Part shown: piece by piece, positions 1 to 13,690 of the stretch
How positions within the stretch are numbered: position 1 is the first letter of the stretch
How the letters are laid out: each line of letters starts with the position of its first letter
Source of the DNA: Girardia tigrina
Lineage: Eukaryota
Length of the DNA stretch: 58,165 bases
Direction of reading: 5' to 3'
NCBI GenBank assembly: GCA_001938485.1
Contig: MQRK01202609.1
Span: forward strand, 83,691-141,855
Position numbers and translations under genes: made by a program
Notes under the pieces: generated by a model
The model's input: the letters and a program-made list of their open reading frames with translations, nothing else
Told to the model about the DNA's origin: nothing
Database searches by the model: none

Positions 1-439
1 ATATATATATAAAATTATAGAATATAAAAATCACATATTCCGTAATTGCAAGAAAACGAAAGGCGGTATGCAAAAACTGATACCATTTTCCAAATCTGGA
101 AGTTTAATTTACTATAGAACTGCTTTAAAACTAACATAAATGATGTTTTCTTGCGTGGTGTTATTAGCCTTATCATTATCTTTTTATTGCCAACAATTAT
201 TATTTTATTCATAACAATTATTATATTATTCCCGAAAATAAATTCTTGTTCCACAAAAATATTTTGCTTCCATCAATAAATATATATAAATCTATAATTA
301 CAAATATTGTGTTGCAAAAATAAATATTTTATTCGTGATATAATAATAGATTTTAGAAGTTAATTTTAAGAAATTTGATATTTATCAAGAGAAAAGTTGA
401 TAATTTTATCAAAATTTTGTTAAGAAATTCTATTTTAAT

Positions 440-1400
440 GATCTGTAGATATGCGCGCCACAGGCTAACAATTGCTAGTCTCTTTCCCATGTGGTACCAC
501 CTTCTGAATTACTATAAGTCACTTACATCAATTTCTAACATTGGCACAAATTCAATCCTACTTAAATCCAGTGCGAACAGAAACCAATAACGCACTCATA
601 GCCCGCTCATGTCGAGTTCCAGCCAAGCATCATATTGTACCACAGTCGAGCCGAGTATTGTCTGCAGCTTTTCGAGCACTCGCTTTATGTCAGTGCAATC
701 GTACCAAATTCTGTTCTTACATCGTTATCGAGCATTATCCACCACCGCTCTGACGATTATCTCCCCGACGCCGACCGCAACTACCGGTAGTGACGTGTTA
801 AATGCTGCAGACTCAATATTATCACGCGGAGTCGCCTCATTCAGTGTTCAATCATGTTGTCTCCACTGCACATGCTAAAACCTGTCACCTTCACTAGTAG
901 GGCACCGGCTTCCGTAAATACATTTTTAAAAAGGGTTTTTAAAAACTATTGTGAATCTTGTCGGTGACACATAATTGCTTCAGCAATGTCATAAATTCTT
1001 TTATTGACTCTCCTGGCGGAAGAGAGCAATACCAAAATTCTTCGTAGGCAGCTCGTGGATTAGGACTGTATGTTTTCAGCAGTTCCGTCTTTATAGTTTC
1101 ATAATTCTTTTGGTTACCGCTTGGTAATCCGGAATACAATACGGAGACTTGGCCTTCTTGCAGCTTCGGAATTTGATTAATTTTATTAATTCCACACCGC
1201 CACCAACTCGATTTGTGGCACTTTATGCTAAAATCCTTAATTCCATCGAACAGACAAACTGCGAATGAAATTTTGTTATGACTCATTTTAGCCGCCATAG
1301 CTTTTATCACAATTTATCTAAATTTAACAAAGAAAATTCAGTTAATTAAAACAATGAATCACAGTGATGTAATACAATAAATTAAGAAACAAAAAGAAGT
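440..1400 (-). mobile_element. Degenerate Gypsy fragment (gag and RT relics)
   Basis: gag-like ORF 939-1310 resembles 26381-27046 (PNPR...L.PGE...FM..LK); RT relic RRWYHMGKRLAIVSLWRAYLQI near 445-510. Confidence 0.6.
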
Positions 1401-2389
1401 AATAGACATGTAAATTTATTGATTAGTTAAGTTTTAAAATTATTTTTTATGACAATTAACAATGATTTCCAGAAAATATCTAGAGAGAAAGAAAGCCATC
1501 CACTAAGTACAAAGATAATCTTGAATGGCTGCATTCAGAAATATGACAGGAAATAAACTTGAAAACAATCTCAAAATGTAAAAAAATCTCAAAACAGCAC
1601 TTATTCTTATTCTTTTAGGTTTTAAGATGACAAAAGATTCAGCTAAATGCATACTCCAAATAATACCTTTAGATAATAATTCCATGGAAAAAATATCAAA
1701 AATTAAAAAACAATAAACATTATCATGGCTAACTTTCTTCTGTCAAATATGTCTCAACACAAGACAAAATCTGACGATACTGATTAACATTTGATAACTG
1801 ATGTATTAAAAATATTATAGCAATCGATCTTTAAAAATGCTTCATATTTTTGTGGCGCTTCTTCTTGAATGTTCTTTCTCGAGAATAATAATTTATTTTC
1901 GAAAAAAGTAAAGTGCTATGCAAAAATAAAAAAATGTTTTGGATTTTTATTCTCCAGATCTTTTTATATATTTTATATTATATTAAGCTTGAATTTGATT
2001 GTATTTTGTTTTATGATCTTGTTTTTTTGGTATATTGAATCATAATAATGTATAATATGAATGCGGTATAAAAGAGAATCATTTCGATATTAATATTTTC
2101 AAAATTTAATTCCCATAGATAAATATTTATTTTTATAGTAGGTTGAAATTCGTCTGAATTATTAATATTATCTTTTGTTTTTGTAACAAATTCATGGATT
2201 TTGATTTAGTATTTTGTTACATAAACTCTTACGTTTTATAAGTCCCTGATTATTAGCTGAGACGCAGCAGCAGAATGTCTAACTTAAAACACAAAGCATA
2301 CATATAATATTCCAGTGCATGATCCATGTCGTTTCATAAATTTTTGTCAGTGCTACAGGCATTCAAAAATATATATTTTTGAAATATTA

Positions 2390-2525
2390 GGATGCATTAC
2401 TTGAAGAACTCTTTCACTACATATTGTAGATACTCGGTACGTGTAAATGTTTTTTCTCCGAGATGATTCTTTAAATATTTAAAGAGTTAGTAATCACTGA
2501 GTAAAAGATCAAGTTCATAGAAAGA
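2390..2525 (-). mobile_element. Small mariner C-terminal relic
   Basis: Reverse strand DL.LSDY*LFKYLKNHLGEKTF...VKEFF. Confidence 0.45.
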
Positions 2526-3334
2526 GACCGAGGAAGCATCAAGCTAATCTGCTCAATTTTTCCTAAATCAATGAAACTTGCCTGATTAGGAGCACTAACC
2601 TTGTCTGCTTCCTCATTTTGTTTATGGCTGTTATTACAAAGGTATTATAATGCTCAGCCCTAATCTTTAATGATTTATCAGCGAGGTTCATGTATACAAC
2701 GTCCTTGCTACAAGAATATTCTACTTTCAGATATCAATGTGGTTGTCACAGGTAATGTGAAAGTATTGTTTAATTTCACTAAGTTAAAACGATACACGAA
2801 TTCTTGAGAAATAAAAGGACAATTTTTATATTTTCAAGAAATGAAAACTATCAAGAAATTCTAAATACTGGTTTTAATTAAAGGTTTTTTAAATATACCT
2901 TGTTATTTCTTTTCTTTTAGAACTTTGATATATAGTGATAAGATTTTCTATGATAAAATTTTCTATAATAATATTTTTTATAATAATAATGATTTTCTAT
3001 TAAAAATATCGCTAAAGATAATATTCTGTAAGCAAATATTTGAAGTTGAAAATAAAAATTATATTGTGTTCCTTAATAAAATGAGATAAATTATATAGAA
3101 ATTGCAAATTAAAATCTGTTAAACAGATATGTAATGGAAGAAATAGTTTTTAAAGAACAACATGAATTAGCCTAGTTATGGTCAATCATATGAATGGATT
3201 TAGGGAGCAATCGGTGTAATTTCTATGAATCTTAGAAATAATCATTTAAAATTCAATCATTCTTTTCTATTTGAAAAATTTAAATAACATTAAATTTTCA
3301 TGCTAACTAAGCAGCAAGTAGAAATTTAAAGACT

Positions 3335-4345
3335 AGGAATGAATATAAAATTGCTGATTTTTGTTGCGCAGCAGCTCAGCATGGATTTGGCTTGAAACGT
3401 GACGAATTGAAAACTTTTGTTGGTGATTTCACAACATTATATTGGACTGCAAAATTGGATTTTGAAAAATACTTACGAAAACATAGTCAGTTTGTGCAAA
3501 AGTGCCCTAGTAATGACTGGGTATGGAAAGGTCGTCTAGAGAATGGAGTCGAATTTTAAGATTTTAACGAATTTTAAGATTTTTTGGAAAAAGTTTTAGA
3601 CCGTCATCAGATTCGGGACAAACCACAACATTGGTTTAACTGTGATGAAACAGCCTTTGCTCTGGATCCATCTCGTGGAAAAATTGTTGCTGTTACTGGC
3701 CAAAATCGTGTCCATCGTGTCGTTGCAGGACGGGGCGAGATTCGTTTTCTGTTATGGCATGTGTTGGTGCTGAAGGATCTGTCTTTCCCCTTTTGGTAAT
3801 TTTTTCAGGGAAAAATTTATATTTCGGTTGGCGTGGAGAGAATGCAATTCAAGGAATAATGTATGCAGTATCAAGTAAACTATCTTTTTAAAATATTAAA
3901 TACTCCTTTTAAAAGAAATGCTTATCATGTTTTCAGAAAGTGGTTGAATAACTGGTGAAATATTTTCCACCTGGTTCATTTCTTTTGCTAAAAATGTCAC
4001 TCAGCGGCAAATAGTTCTTGTTTTAGATGGACACAAGAGTCATGCTACATTGACAACAATAAAATTAGCAAAAGACTACGACATAACTCTCATGAAGTTA
4101 CCATCTCATACACCCTATCGATTACATACATTGGATGTTAGCTGCTTTCACTCATTGAAGACGGAGTGGGACAATAAAGTCATTTGTATTCAGAAATCCA
4201 ATGCATTTCATCACATCACTAATGCTCAGTTTGTGGATCTCCTGTTTTCTGCGTGACTAAAAGGATTAAGTACCAATAATATCAAATCAGGATTTTATGC
4301 TACATGAATCTGTCCTTTAGATCGTAATAAATATCCTCTCTATGC
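3335..4345 (+). pseudogene. pogo-family (DDE_1) transposase pseudogene
   Basis: WFNCDETAF, VIFSGK, SG*ITGEIF, LVLDGHKSH, LPSHT..LHTLDVSCFHSLK across frames; contains an apparent 62-nt intron. Confidence 0.85.
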
Positions 4346-7300
4346 ATTTGATCCACAAAAATATGCTTAATATCGTCCAGCTAGTTGTGAGCAGCTCATT
4401 CACTCTTCCAAGATCCCCACCATCACTAGTGGAAAATGTTTCGATATTCAAAATAGCTAAACAACAACAACTCCATATTTCCATCCCTCCTGAACGAGTA
4501 AAATCGACTTATTCCTCCAGTATCCAAGAAATGTTTTTCCAGTGAATCGCCACAATCAAGCATTAAACAGACAGTTTCAAAAAGACGCAAAATTAATACG
4601 GCATCTGTAGTCTTACGGATGACGAATATCGCACTGCTATTACTTGCCTGTAAAATACGACTGTTAAAATTAACTGTTCTTCATCGCTTACTAAACTAAC
4701 ATGCGATCTCGTATCACCAGATGATGAGCTTCCACCAGTCCCATCTCCTCTGGAGTAAAGAATAAAAAGAACACCATCGTCTAACCTCTTTATGTTAGAG
4801 TTGAAGATTACGTTCTTATTTAGTATAAAGACAAGATTCTAGGAAAGAAACAGACTACAAGCAACTGGTATAATGCAGGCATGGTTGTTGCGGAAGGAAA
4901 TGTTCCCGGTATCCAAAGTTGACAAATACAAAGCTTCCGTCGTCATTCTTCGGGATAGGAAAATTCATTGACATGCGTAAAAAAGATATGGTCACATATT
5001 CCACCAAAGACATTGCAACTGTGCTCAATTTGCTGAAAATTGTTAATAAAATGTATCATTTCCAAGACGACTTTACTCCCTTCTTGTCATTCAAACAGTA
5101 TTTATATATATTTACAGTATTATTCATACGTTTGTCAAATATTTGGAATAAAAAGTTATAAACTATTGGGTTCTTGATCGAGATTAAGGCTCATTAAACA
5201 CCAAAATTTTATTTATAACATAATTAACAATTATTTAAACAATTTTTTAATAACAATTGTTTGTTGAGGAACTTTTCTTCGTTTTCTTTTTGACCAGATT
5301 GTTATATAAAAATATGAAATTATAAATACTGATAAGTTATTTTAAAATTGAAATTTTTTATTCTATTTATTTTTGAAAATTTACATACTTGAAAATTTAC
5401 TATTTTATGCAATTTATTTTAAATTAAAACCAACATAATTATTAAATTAACCGAAATGATTTTTTATTATTTTAGAATTAGTTTAATGTTATTTTCATTT
5501 ATTTGGGAAAAGTTTTTTAATTAATAAAGATTTTAATGTTTTATTTATTATCAATATTTCAGTTTAAAAGCATTTTTACCTACAATTATTTTAAATACAA
5601 TACAAATTTTAAATACAATATAAATACAAAAAATAATTTACAATATTCAAATTTTTATTATTAGAATAACTTAAAATTAGTACAAACATAATTATCATAT
5701 ATTTCTTTTAAAAATCCATTGTTTCCCAATTAATTTCAAAATAAGTTTTTACTCTACAATTAAAATTTGATTATTTCCAAAAATAACATTTTAAAATTAA
5801 TTAAGGAATATTTTGTTTACTTAAATTTGCTTAAAAACGTTTGATTTTAATTATTTCATTATTTTAGAGATTCTTTATAAAAATTAATTGATTTAAAAAT
5901 TTTGAGAGTGAGCCTGTCCTTCACATAAACATTTGTTGCTTTTATCTGAGGGTTCACAATGTTAACTCTGCAAAAAAAACAGAAAAAGCAAGCGCGCAAC
6001 GAAGGGAGTCAGGTCTTTTTAACCCCCTTTTACCGTTGGGAAAAAAACAAATCTAAAGCAATTCTTTGGCAAAATGATAGTCTTTTGAAAATTCTTCTTA
6101 CCTACATGTTCCAGTCTCCCCCATTACGAAGATGCTGGTTGCGCCCCTAGGAGAAAAAAGAGTTAATAATTATGAACTGTTATAAGTTGCATTGAAAAAC
6201 TGTCGATAGAGTCATAATTAATAGCAGCGTTCCTTATACTAAAGTGGTAGATGTCTTTATCGCACTACTTCCATTTCATGAGGAAAGCGGGGATAGTGCA
6301 ACAGTATCGCAATTACTGATAATTGCTCACATGTTCTAAAGACGGCTTTGTCTTTCAAACGCTTCAATCCATTTGATATAATAAAAGATGACCCTATTTG
6401 CCCCACCTCTGACCCGAATTGGCCCAAATCAATATTTTCAACTAATCAAATTAGCATTTTGTGATCTAGATAAACAAATAAGAAATAATATATATGAGTT
6501 ATTTATTTTAAATTACATATGTCCCTTGTTACCTGATAAAATTTACAGCGCAAAAAGTTTGTTTAATAGTGGAGCTATAATAAAATTTATTTTTTTTTGA
6601 TCAAATTTTACGTAATTGCATGGATTTTTGGGGTGCACCACGTAAATGATAATGAACATTTTTTTTGGAAGAGTGGATTATGAAACACAATTTTCGGATG
6701 AAACTAGCAAAATCTGAGAAAAAGTAAAAATATCTTTAAAAAATAATATAATTTAATAAGGCTTTATTTATCTTAAGTTAAGCAAGGAATTATTTTACTA
6801 AACACAATTTGTTCAATTAACATTTTAGTGTGGTTACAAAGTGATTTATTAGAAATCTATATCGATATTCATGGTACTAGAATCCGTCTTTCATTTCATT
6901 TGAATTCATTAACCTTCTACGACTTATTCATCAAAGTTCTAGAAGTTTAAATATCCCTTTCTAGTAACGATTAAATGTCCCTGATGATGAGAAAAATTAT
7001 AATCTTTTGATGCATATATGTTTGCCTAAAGTTAGAGATATGGAAAACGCACAATATAACAAATGATATCGAACATTTTGATATTAATTAAATGTTAGAT
7101 TTGTCAATAATATTTACATTATTGCCATATTTCGTATCGAACTTTTACATATATCTTCATCAAAATGTGTGTCGAAATAGTGAATATTTGAAAGATTTTG
7201 ATGTGCTTCAAACTGCTTTTGACTAAACAAGGCCATTATTAAATGTCTATCTTTCAAGATAAGTTTAGGTGATAATACTTTCCTTATATTTTCTGGAAAA

Positions 7301-8045
7301 TAACACAATATAAGACTAAAATAACAATGGTAAACTAATGTCAGTAATAATAAGTCATAAAACGATCATAGTTTTCAGACAAATCATTGAAAAATAATGT
7401 ATGTTATTATATCCTCGATAAATAATAAATAACACTAAGAAAAACAATTGACTTTAATTTAGTTTATATTTATGATTTTATGAACGTAAATTAATGCCAT
7501 TTGAAATAATAAATTTCACACTTTAGATATTAATAACTGTTGCGGAAACCGTGGCTCAACTTTATATTTATTTTTCAACTTTGAATATTTCTTTGTTAGT
7601 CGTTTGAAAAGTTGAATTAATCCATTATATTACAAAGAAACATTTTGTAAATCGATTTCTGTATTTGATACAACTGAATTATCTTTGTTCTTCATTTAAA
7701 AATTTCCTCGACCGGCGCGAGTGTTATCAGACGAAGTGCTTGAGCTCTTTGTAGAAGATGAACTTTGATAAAAACTGCTACCAAAATTTGAATTTGGATA
7801 TTCTGGGCGATCACACGACATTCTCACGAATTTTATTTAGTTAAATTTTGAATTATTTCACCTATGATTTATTCGAACAAATTTAACAAGACCAAATCAA
7901 TTTCAAATTACGAATTTATTTTGAAACACATTTTTTTCTTTTTGATAATTTTACAAAATTGATTTATTTGACATTGAACATTTTTTTACACACTTTGCAC
8001 TTGAAGATTCATTTTTCCTTTTTTAACATAAACATTGTGACAATT

Positions 8046-8076
<31 letters not shown>

Positions 8077-8079
<3 letters not shown>

Positions 8080-8913
8080 ATGCTGAATTTGTGTAATTGC
8101 CGAATTCGTGAAATCGGCAACAGTTTTCTAAATAGTGTAATTGCCGAATTTATGAACTAGTCAATTTTTGCCGAATTCACTAACTATATGAAAAATTTTC
8201 ATATTAAAATGAAAATTTCTCAATTTAAAATGAAAGATTATGTACTTATCTAAAAATATCAATTTATATGAAAAAAAATCAATTTTCTATGAAAAATATA
8301 TATTTAATATGAAAATGGGTATTTAATATGAATTAATATTAATTTTGCATGAAAAGAAAATCAATTTTATATAAGAAATATCAATTTAATATGAAAAATA
8401 TCAATTTAATTAATTTTTTAATTTATTATTTTAATTTATTTAATCAATATTATATGAAAACATATCAATTTAATTCAAAGAAATATCAATTTAATATGAA
8501 AAAAATTAAATTAAATATGAAAAAAATCTTAATTTATTACGCGAAATAGACTCTAAATGTTAAATTTTATTTATAGTTAATTAAACTTCTTCCTTCGTGG
8601 CAATCTGAATTGCAAACGTTTGTATTTTAAAAGTTTTCACATTAAATCGATAATTTTTCATATTAAATCGATATTTTTTCAAATCAAATTGATTTTTTCA
8701 TATTAAATTGATATTTTTTCATATTAAATACAAAATTTTCCATATAAAATACATTTTTCAAATTAAATATTAATATCAATTTCATAATTGAATTACAAAA
8801 ATTTTTTAAAAAATTGCCGAGTTCGTGAATTCGGCAAGTCGGTTACCTAATTCGTGAATTCGGAAAAATGTTGCCTAATTGACGAATTCGGCAAGTACAC
8901 AAATTTGGCATAA
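8077..8913. mobile_element. MITE/foldback inserted in a (TA)n tract
   Basis: TIR ttatgc..aatttgtgta.ttgccgaattcgt at both ends; internal inverted AT-rich modules; (TA)n on both flanks. Confidence 0.8.
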
Positions 8914-9280
8914 TATATATATATATAATATAATATAATATAATTGATATATATATCAAACAAAAGATATAAAGATAGACTTAGATTAACTAAATTGTGT
9001 TTTACCGTTGGACGGAATGTGTAAATCAATATACAGAGTCAAATTATGGATTTGTATGCATTAAGGTTACCTTATATAGATTTTAGTTTCCCTGTTAAAA
9101 AAATATAAATAAGATTTTTGAAATGAAGTGAAACTTCTGAACTTAAAAATATCCACAACATTTTTTGCAACTTTGTTTTATTTATAGAAGTTTTAAAATG
9201 TTCTACGTAAAACTACAACTAATTAATAGAGATTATATCCTATTATAAAAATAAATTTTAAAGTATTAAAAATGACTTAC

Positions 9281-9351
9281 TATTCGGTGTTTGCCGTCTT
9301 AAAGTTTGGGTAGTATACCGGTTTTCCAAGATTGATATTGTCCCCGGCATT
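9281..9351 (-). CDS. ATP1B: Na+/K+-ATPase beta paralog B, exon 5 (exon 6 not found in window)
   Basis: Reverse strand ttaag|AAT...TA|gtaagt; encodes NAGDNINLGKPVYYPNFKTANTE; 71 nt, ending in phase 2 as in paralog A. Confidence 0.9.
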
Positions 9352-9843
9352 CTTAATAAATATTTAAAAATTAAAATTGAGGTTACAGTTCTTTAAGAAA
9401 AATTTGTTTCACATTTATTCTTATCAAATTCCGTAGTATTACCAAATTTACATAATTTTCAAATAATTCCTCAATTCACGGTCCCATAATAAAAAAGTGT
9501 TTTCAGATGCATGACATTGGTTGCTAATAACAATGTGTTATTCTTTTGCCATTAGCAAAACAGTCTTAATTCTGATATTTTACAATGACCATATTTTTAA
9601 TGAAAACTTTTAAAAAATTGAAGATGTCTGATATAAATTGTTGTCCTTTGTCTGTATTTAAAATATTACAGTTTCCAAAATGACTTAAGATTTCTTAAAG
9701 AACTCCAATACTGTTTTAAATACTTCTAGATTTATCTTTACTTCAGCGAATTTTGAATGATAATAAATTTTCATTTCTTTAAATCAAATGGTAATTTAGT
9801 AATTAACCACAAATAATACCATTTTAATTTTAAATTTTTAATT

Positions 9844-9881
9844 GAAAACATGTTTCGCTACTTTTGTGGCATCTTCAGTTC
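9844..9881 (-). ncRNA. Minimal hammerhead ribozyme motif of Penelope pLTR
   Basis: Reverse strand gaa-CTGAAGA-tgccac aaaa gtagc-GAAAC-atgtt-ttc: catalytic boxes, stem II, palindromic stem III, gaa/ttc stem I. Confidence 0.65.
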
Positions 9882-10790
9882 TGTATTTAATTAGAAAGTT
9901 AATGCTTATATAGAAATATGACCATTACATCACAGTGTGTTACGTCAAAATACCCTAATATGATTGGACGGATCACTTTGCACATTTAGACTAAGTTTAC
10001 AAAACTTTATAAAGAGTGCTTCAGTAATTGTCCTTTCATAATTGTGATCAAAGTTACTAATCAAAATCCGAAATCATGGTATTGATTATTTTCGTTTTTG
10101 TGTTTCTTATGTTTTCAAATACTTAAAGAGTGATTATTTACAAAAGTTACATAATCAAATCCGTAAATTAAATGATTTAACAAAAATTTTTGGTGTGATG
10201 GTTTAAAATCAAAACACAAAATTAATAAAAATTTGAATGCAACTGATAAAGTGATTAATTCAAAAAAAATTTATTTAAAAAATTCCGTATTAAGATGGTG
10301 CTAGAGATTTTAAACGAATTTTAGTAAAACAGGCCCCAGTAGGTGTTACAATTAAAATATTGTTTCTAACTAATAAAATTTCTAATTACTTCACAAACAA
10401 ATCTATAACACAATTGGGTATGAAAGCAAATTTAATTTACCAATATAAATGTCACAAGTGTGAATCCTTGAACATTGGAGAGACAAATCGTCACCTCCAT
10501 GCTAGAATTGCAGAACATACCCAATCAAGTAGAAAAAGCTCAATTTTGAACCACATCGTGATATGTCATGGAACTCAAAGGAGGGTATTTGATAATGATT
10601 TTCGAGTTTTGATTAGTAACTTTGATCACAATTATGAAAGGACAATTACTGAAGCACTCTTGATAAAGTTTTGTAAACCTAGTCTAAATGTGCAAAGTAA
10701 ATGTCCAATCATATTAGAGTATTTTGACGTAACACACTGTGACGTAATGGTCATCTTTCTATATAAACAATAACTTTCTAATTAAATACA

Positions 10791-10828
10791 AAACTGAAGA
10801 TGCCACAAAAGTAGAGAAACATGTTTTC
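10791..10828 (+). ncRNA. Second, more decayed hammerhead motif
   Basis: aaa-CTGAAGA-tgccacaaaagtaga-GAAAC-atgtt-ttc; the stem II closing pair is mutated relative to the other copy. Confidence 0.5.
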
Positions 10829-11582
10829 GAATAAAAATTTAAAATTAAAATGGTGTTATTTGTAGATAATAAATTATATTTAATATTTTAGTTCCTTCTT
10901 ATCGCATTTTGTCCCTTAAAATATAATGCTAGATGGGACAAAGATCAAACCAATCTTTTATTTGCCATAAAGTTTCCTAAATCTGAGTTTACTTTGAATA
11001 GATCAACAGTATGAGCAAGTAGATATAATCTCTGTTCTGATCTATCCATTTCAATAAGTAGTCACTTGGGAGTCTACTTTTAGTTTCTATCATTTTTTAG
11101 TGTCCTTGGTATGCGATTATTTTGAACGTTTCTTGTAAGTTTGTGAATAACACGGTTGAGTCTCATCGTAGTTTAATTTAATACGTGTTTGAGAAGTCTA
11201 GTAAAACTTCCAAGTAAAAAATATTGATGATATCGATAGTCCCTCGCTTTTCCTGGTCTTTTCAGTTATTGTTTAAACGGTTACTAGATCTGTATTGTTT
11301 GGTGAATTTTAAGTCTTCTTAGAATGTTTTCTTATCTTCGTTTTTTCAGGTAACCTTGATAATTAACCTACCAAATTTCTTCCAATATATGAGAAAGGGA
11401 AGTTACCCTTGTAACAAATCTCAAATTTTGGGGGCGGTTAGTAGTTGTCATAAGCTATAGTATTCTGCATATACTTGGAATTATTACTGTTATCAAAATA
11501 TGCAGTCTCAAGACACAACACTAAACGCTGATTTTTTTTCTGACGATGACTTTTCTCGTTCTGAATTGCAAATACTTCTGCC

Positions 11583-12110
11583 GGGATCAGTTCAAATGAC
11601 CGAATCCAAAAATACCGAATTTTCAAAAGACTGAATTCCCAAAAGACCGAATCCCAAAAGACCGAAATTATTACAAAATTATTTTCATAAATCAAATAAG
11701 GTTTTTTCATTTAAAATTGAGATTTTCCATTTTAAATTGCGATTTGCTGATTTTAAAATGGGATTTTTTCGTTTACAATTGAGAATGTTTTATTTTCTTC
11801 ATTTTGATATTTTTAAGGCCTTTATAATCTAAATTTTAATAGAAAAAACTCATTTAAAAATAAACAATCTCAATTTAAAATGAAAAATAACATAATACTA
11901 CATATAGCGACGTATATAACATTTAAAATATTCCTCAGAACAACTTATTTTAAATTTATTTAATTTAAAATAACAAATTCCGTAATAATCATTTTAGGCC
12001 ATTTTGAAATTCGGTCATTTGGGAATTCGATCTTTTTGTAATTCAGTCATTTTACAATTCGGTATTTTGGGAATTCGGTCATTTGGGATTCTGTCATTTG
12101 ACACAAATGC
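11583..12110. mobile_element. Mutator-type MITE
   Basis: Perfect 9-bp TSD acttctgcc (11574-11582, 12111-12119); inverted ~15-bp modules gaccgaatcccaaaa. Confidence 0.88.
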
Positions 12111-13293
12111 ACTTCTGCCTATTCAGTAAATTGGTTTTTTGAAGCCTTCTTGAATTTAATTTAAATTTGATCAAAACACGTTGACTGAGGAAATGTAGTA
12201 AGTATAGTTTGTATAGTTTATCCATACCTGGACACGCTTTAATCTATAGTTGTTTAATAAATACATAACGAATCCTTTAATAATTATATAAATTGCCCTA
12301 ATCTCAATGTCACCAATGTTTGTTGCTCAAAAATTTGGTGGCAAAAGATTAAATTTGGAAATGGGTGACGATTTTTTAATATATATTTTATTAAACAGTT
12401 AATTTAACTTTCAAGATAAAAATTAAAGGATGTAAAAGTATTTTAATATTTGTTAATTATTGATTGGAATATTATGAATTTTTTACTGGTGTTTTGTTTG
12501 ACCAACCTTAGATTAACTTTGCTGAATCAGGATTGAGACTCAGACAAACTGATTCTTATATTCTAACCGACTTTGAAAAAAAACTAATATGCATAAAGAT
12601 TTTACATAGTTCTTTAGTTCTTACAAACCACCTATTTATAATGTATTATATTGAAATTTATAAAAAATATCTAAACAAATTTAAGATAGTTAATGCATGA
12701 GAAGAGAAATCTTTTAAAATTAGTAAAACTTAAAGCCATAGTTAACCAGATGCAAAAAATGAAAGACAACGAGACTTATGTAAAACTGAGATAACAAAAA
12801 TCGTTGTCTTGCTGCAGACAAATCTCTATTCATATTAACTGATTCTAGGCCCGATAAGTTTCAATCAGAACAAATGAACTTTGCTTTGTAAACACAAGTA
12901 ATGATTCAGTTTGTATAAAATTTATAGTTCTAAAATTAACGATTTAAAAATTATTGAAGTACAAACTGGTACCAAATATTTTTTTCCAATTCCAAAGGTT
13001 TACCATCATCATTATCAGAACAAACGATTATTAACGAAAGATCTTTTAAACGATGCTTCAAATATCATTTTCTCCCAATAATTTTTAATTGAGTACACAG
13101 AATCTAAAGATTTAGAGTTGTAGGTTTACTGACACTATTATTAACACTTTTATTTACAGTACAATTTGATTTATCTTCATGACAACTGTCGGAAGATTGT
13201 TTGCTATTTATTATCGTTTCTTTTAATTAGTGTTTCTTTTAATTTTTAATAATGATTATTCAAACAAATTTCCTCATTTTCAAATAAGATTTA

Positions 13294-13500
13294 CCGTATT
13301 TTTCCATGTATAAGATCCCCTTTTTTGTCAAAATTTAATGAACCTTTAACGCGAATTTTCAAAAATTAGTAAATATTTGAAATATTTCTCCAACACAAAA
13401 TATTTCAATTTATTTTCTGGAATGAATGAGGTTCTTTGAACTTTTTTTCAAAAAATGCACACCCAAAAATAAGGGAGATCTTATACACGGAAAAATATGG
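13294..13500. mobile_element. Tc1/pogo-type MITE
   Basis: TIR ccgtatttttccatgtataagatc / gatcttatacacggaaaaatatgg with TA flanks. Confidence 0.8.
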
Positions 13501-13690
13501 TATTATCTTTAAAATTTAAAAATATTTCAATATTCGTTTATAAATAAATCAGTTTGATGTTTTTTTTGACTTTCAAATTTATTTGTCAAATATTTAATTA
13601 AATTGTAAAAACTAGATAAATTAAAATTTCGAAAATTTCTTTAATTGAAAAATTAAATATGTAAATTTAAATTCTTGAAAAATTTTACTA

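Larger units (their letters stand above)
9810..10862 (+). mobile_element. Penelope-like element 3' end (GIY-YIG endonuclease) with an inverted partial copy
   Basis: ORF 10360-10773 NLIYQYKCHKC...NIGETNRHLHARIAEH...TEALLIK...PSLN is a PLE GIY-YIG. ~9810-10077 is the reverse complement of ~10596-10862 (inverted pLTR arrangement). Confidence 0.88.

Noticed and set aside
1503-1685. Candidate last exon of ATP1B paralog B (gga att att start)
   Set aside because: No AG acceptor in phase, an early stop, and no FPF/VAVQF motifs.
5962-6166. Possible piggyBac-like MITE (ttaa-ctct...agag-ttaa)
   Set aside because: The terminal match is too short to be convincing.
7696-7821. Short Ser-rich reverse-strand ORF (MSCDRPEYPNSNFGSS...)
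   Set aside because: About 40 codons with no recognisable homology or splice support.
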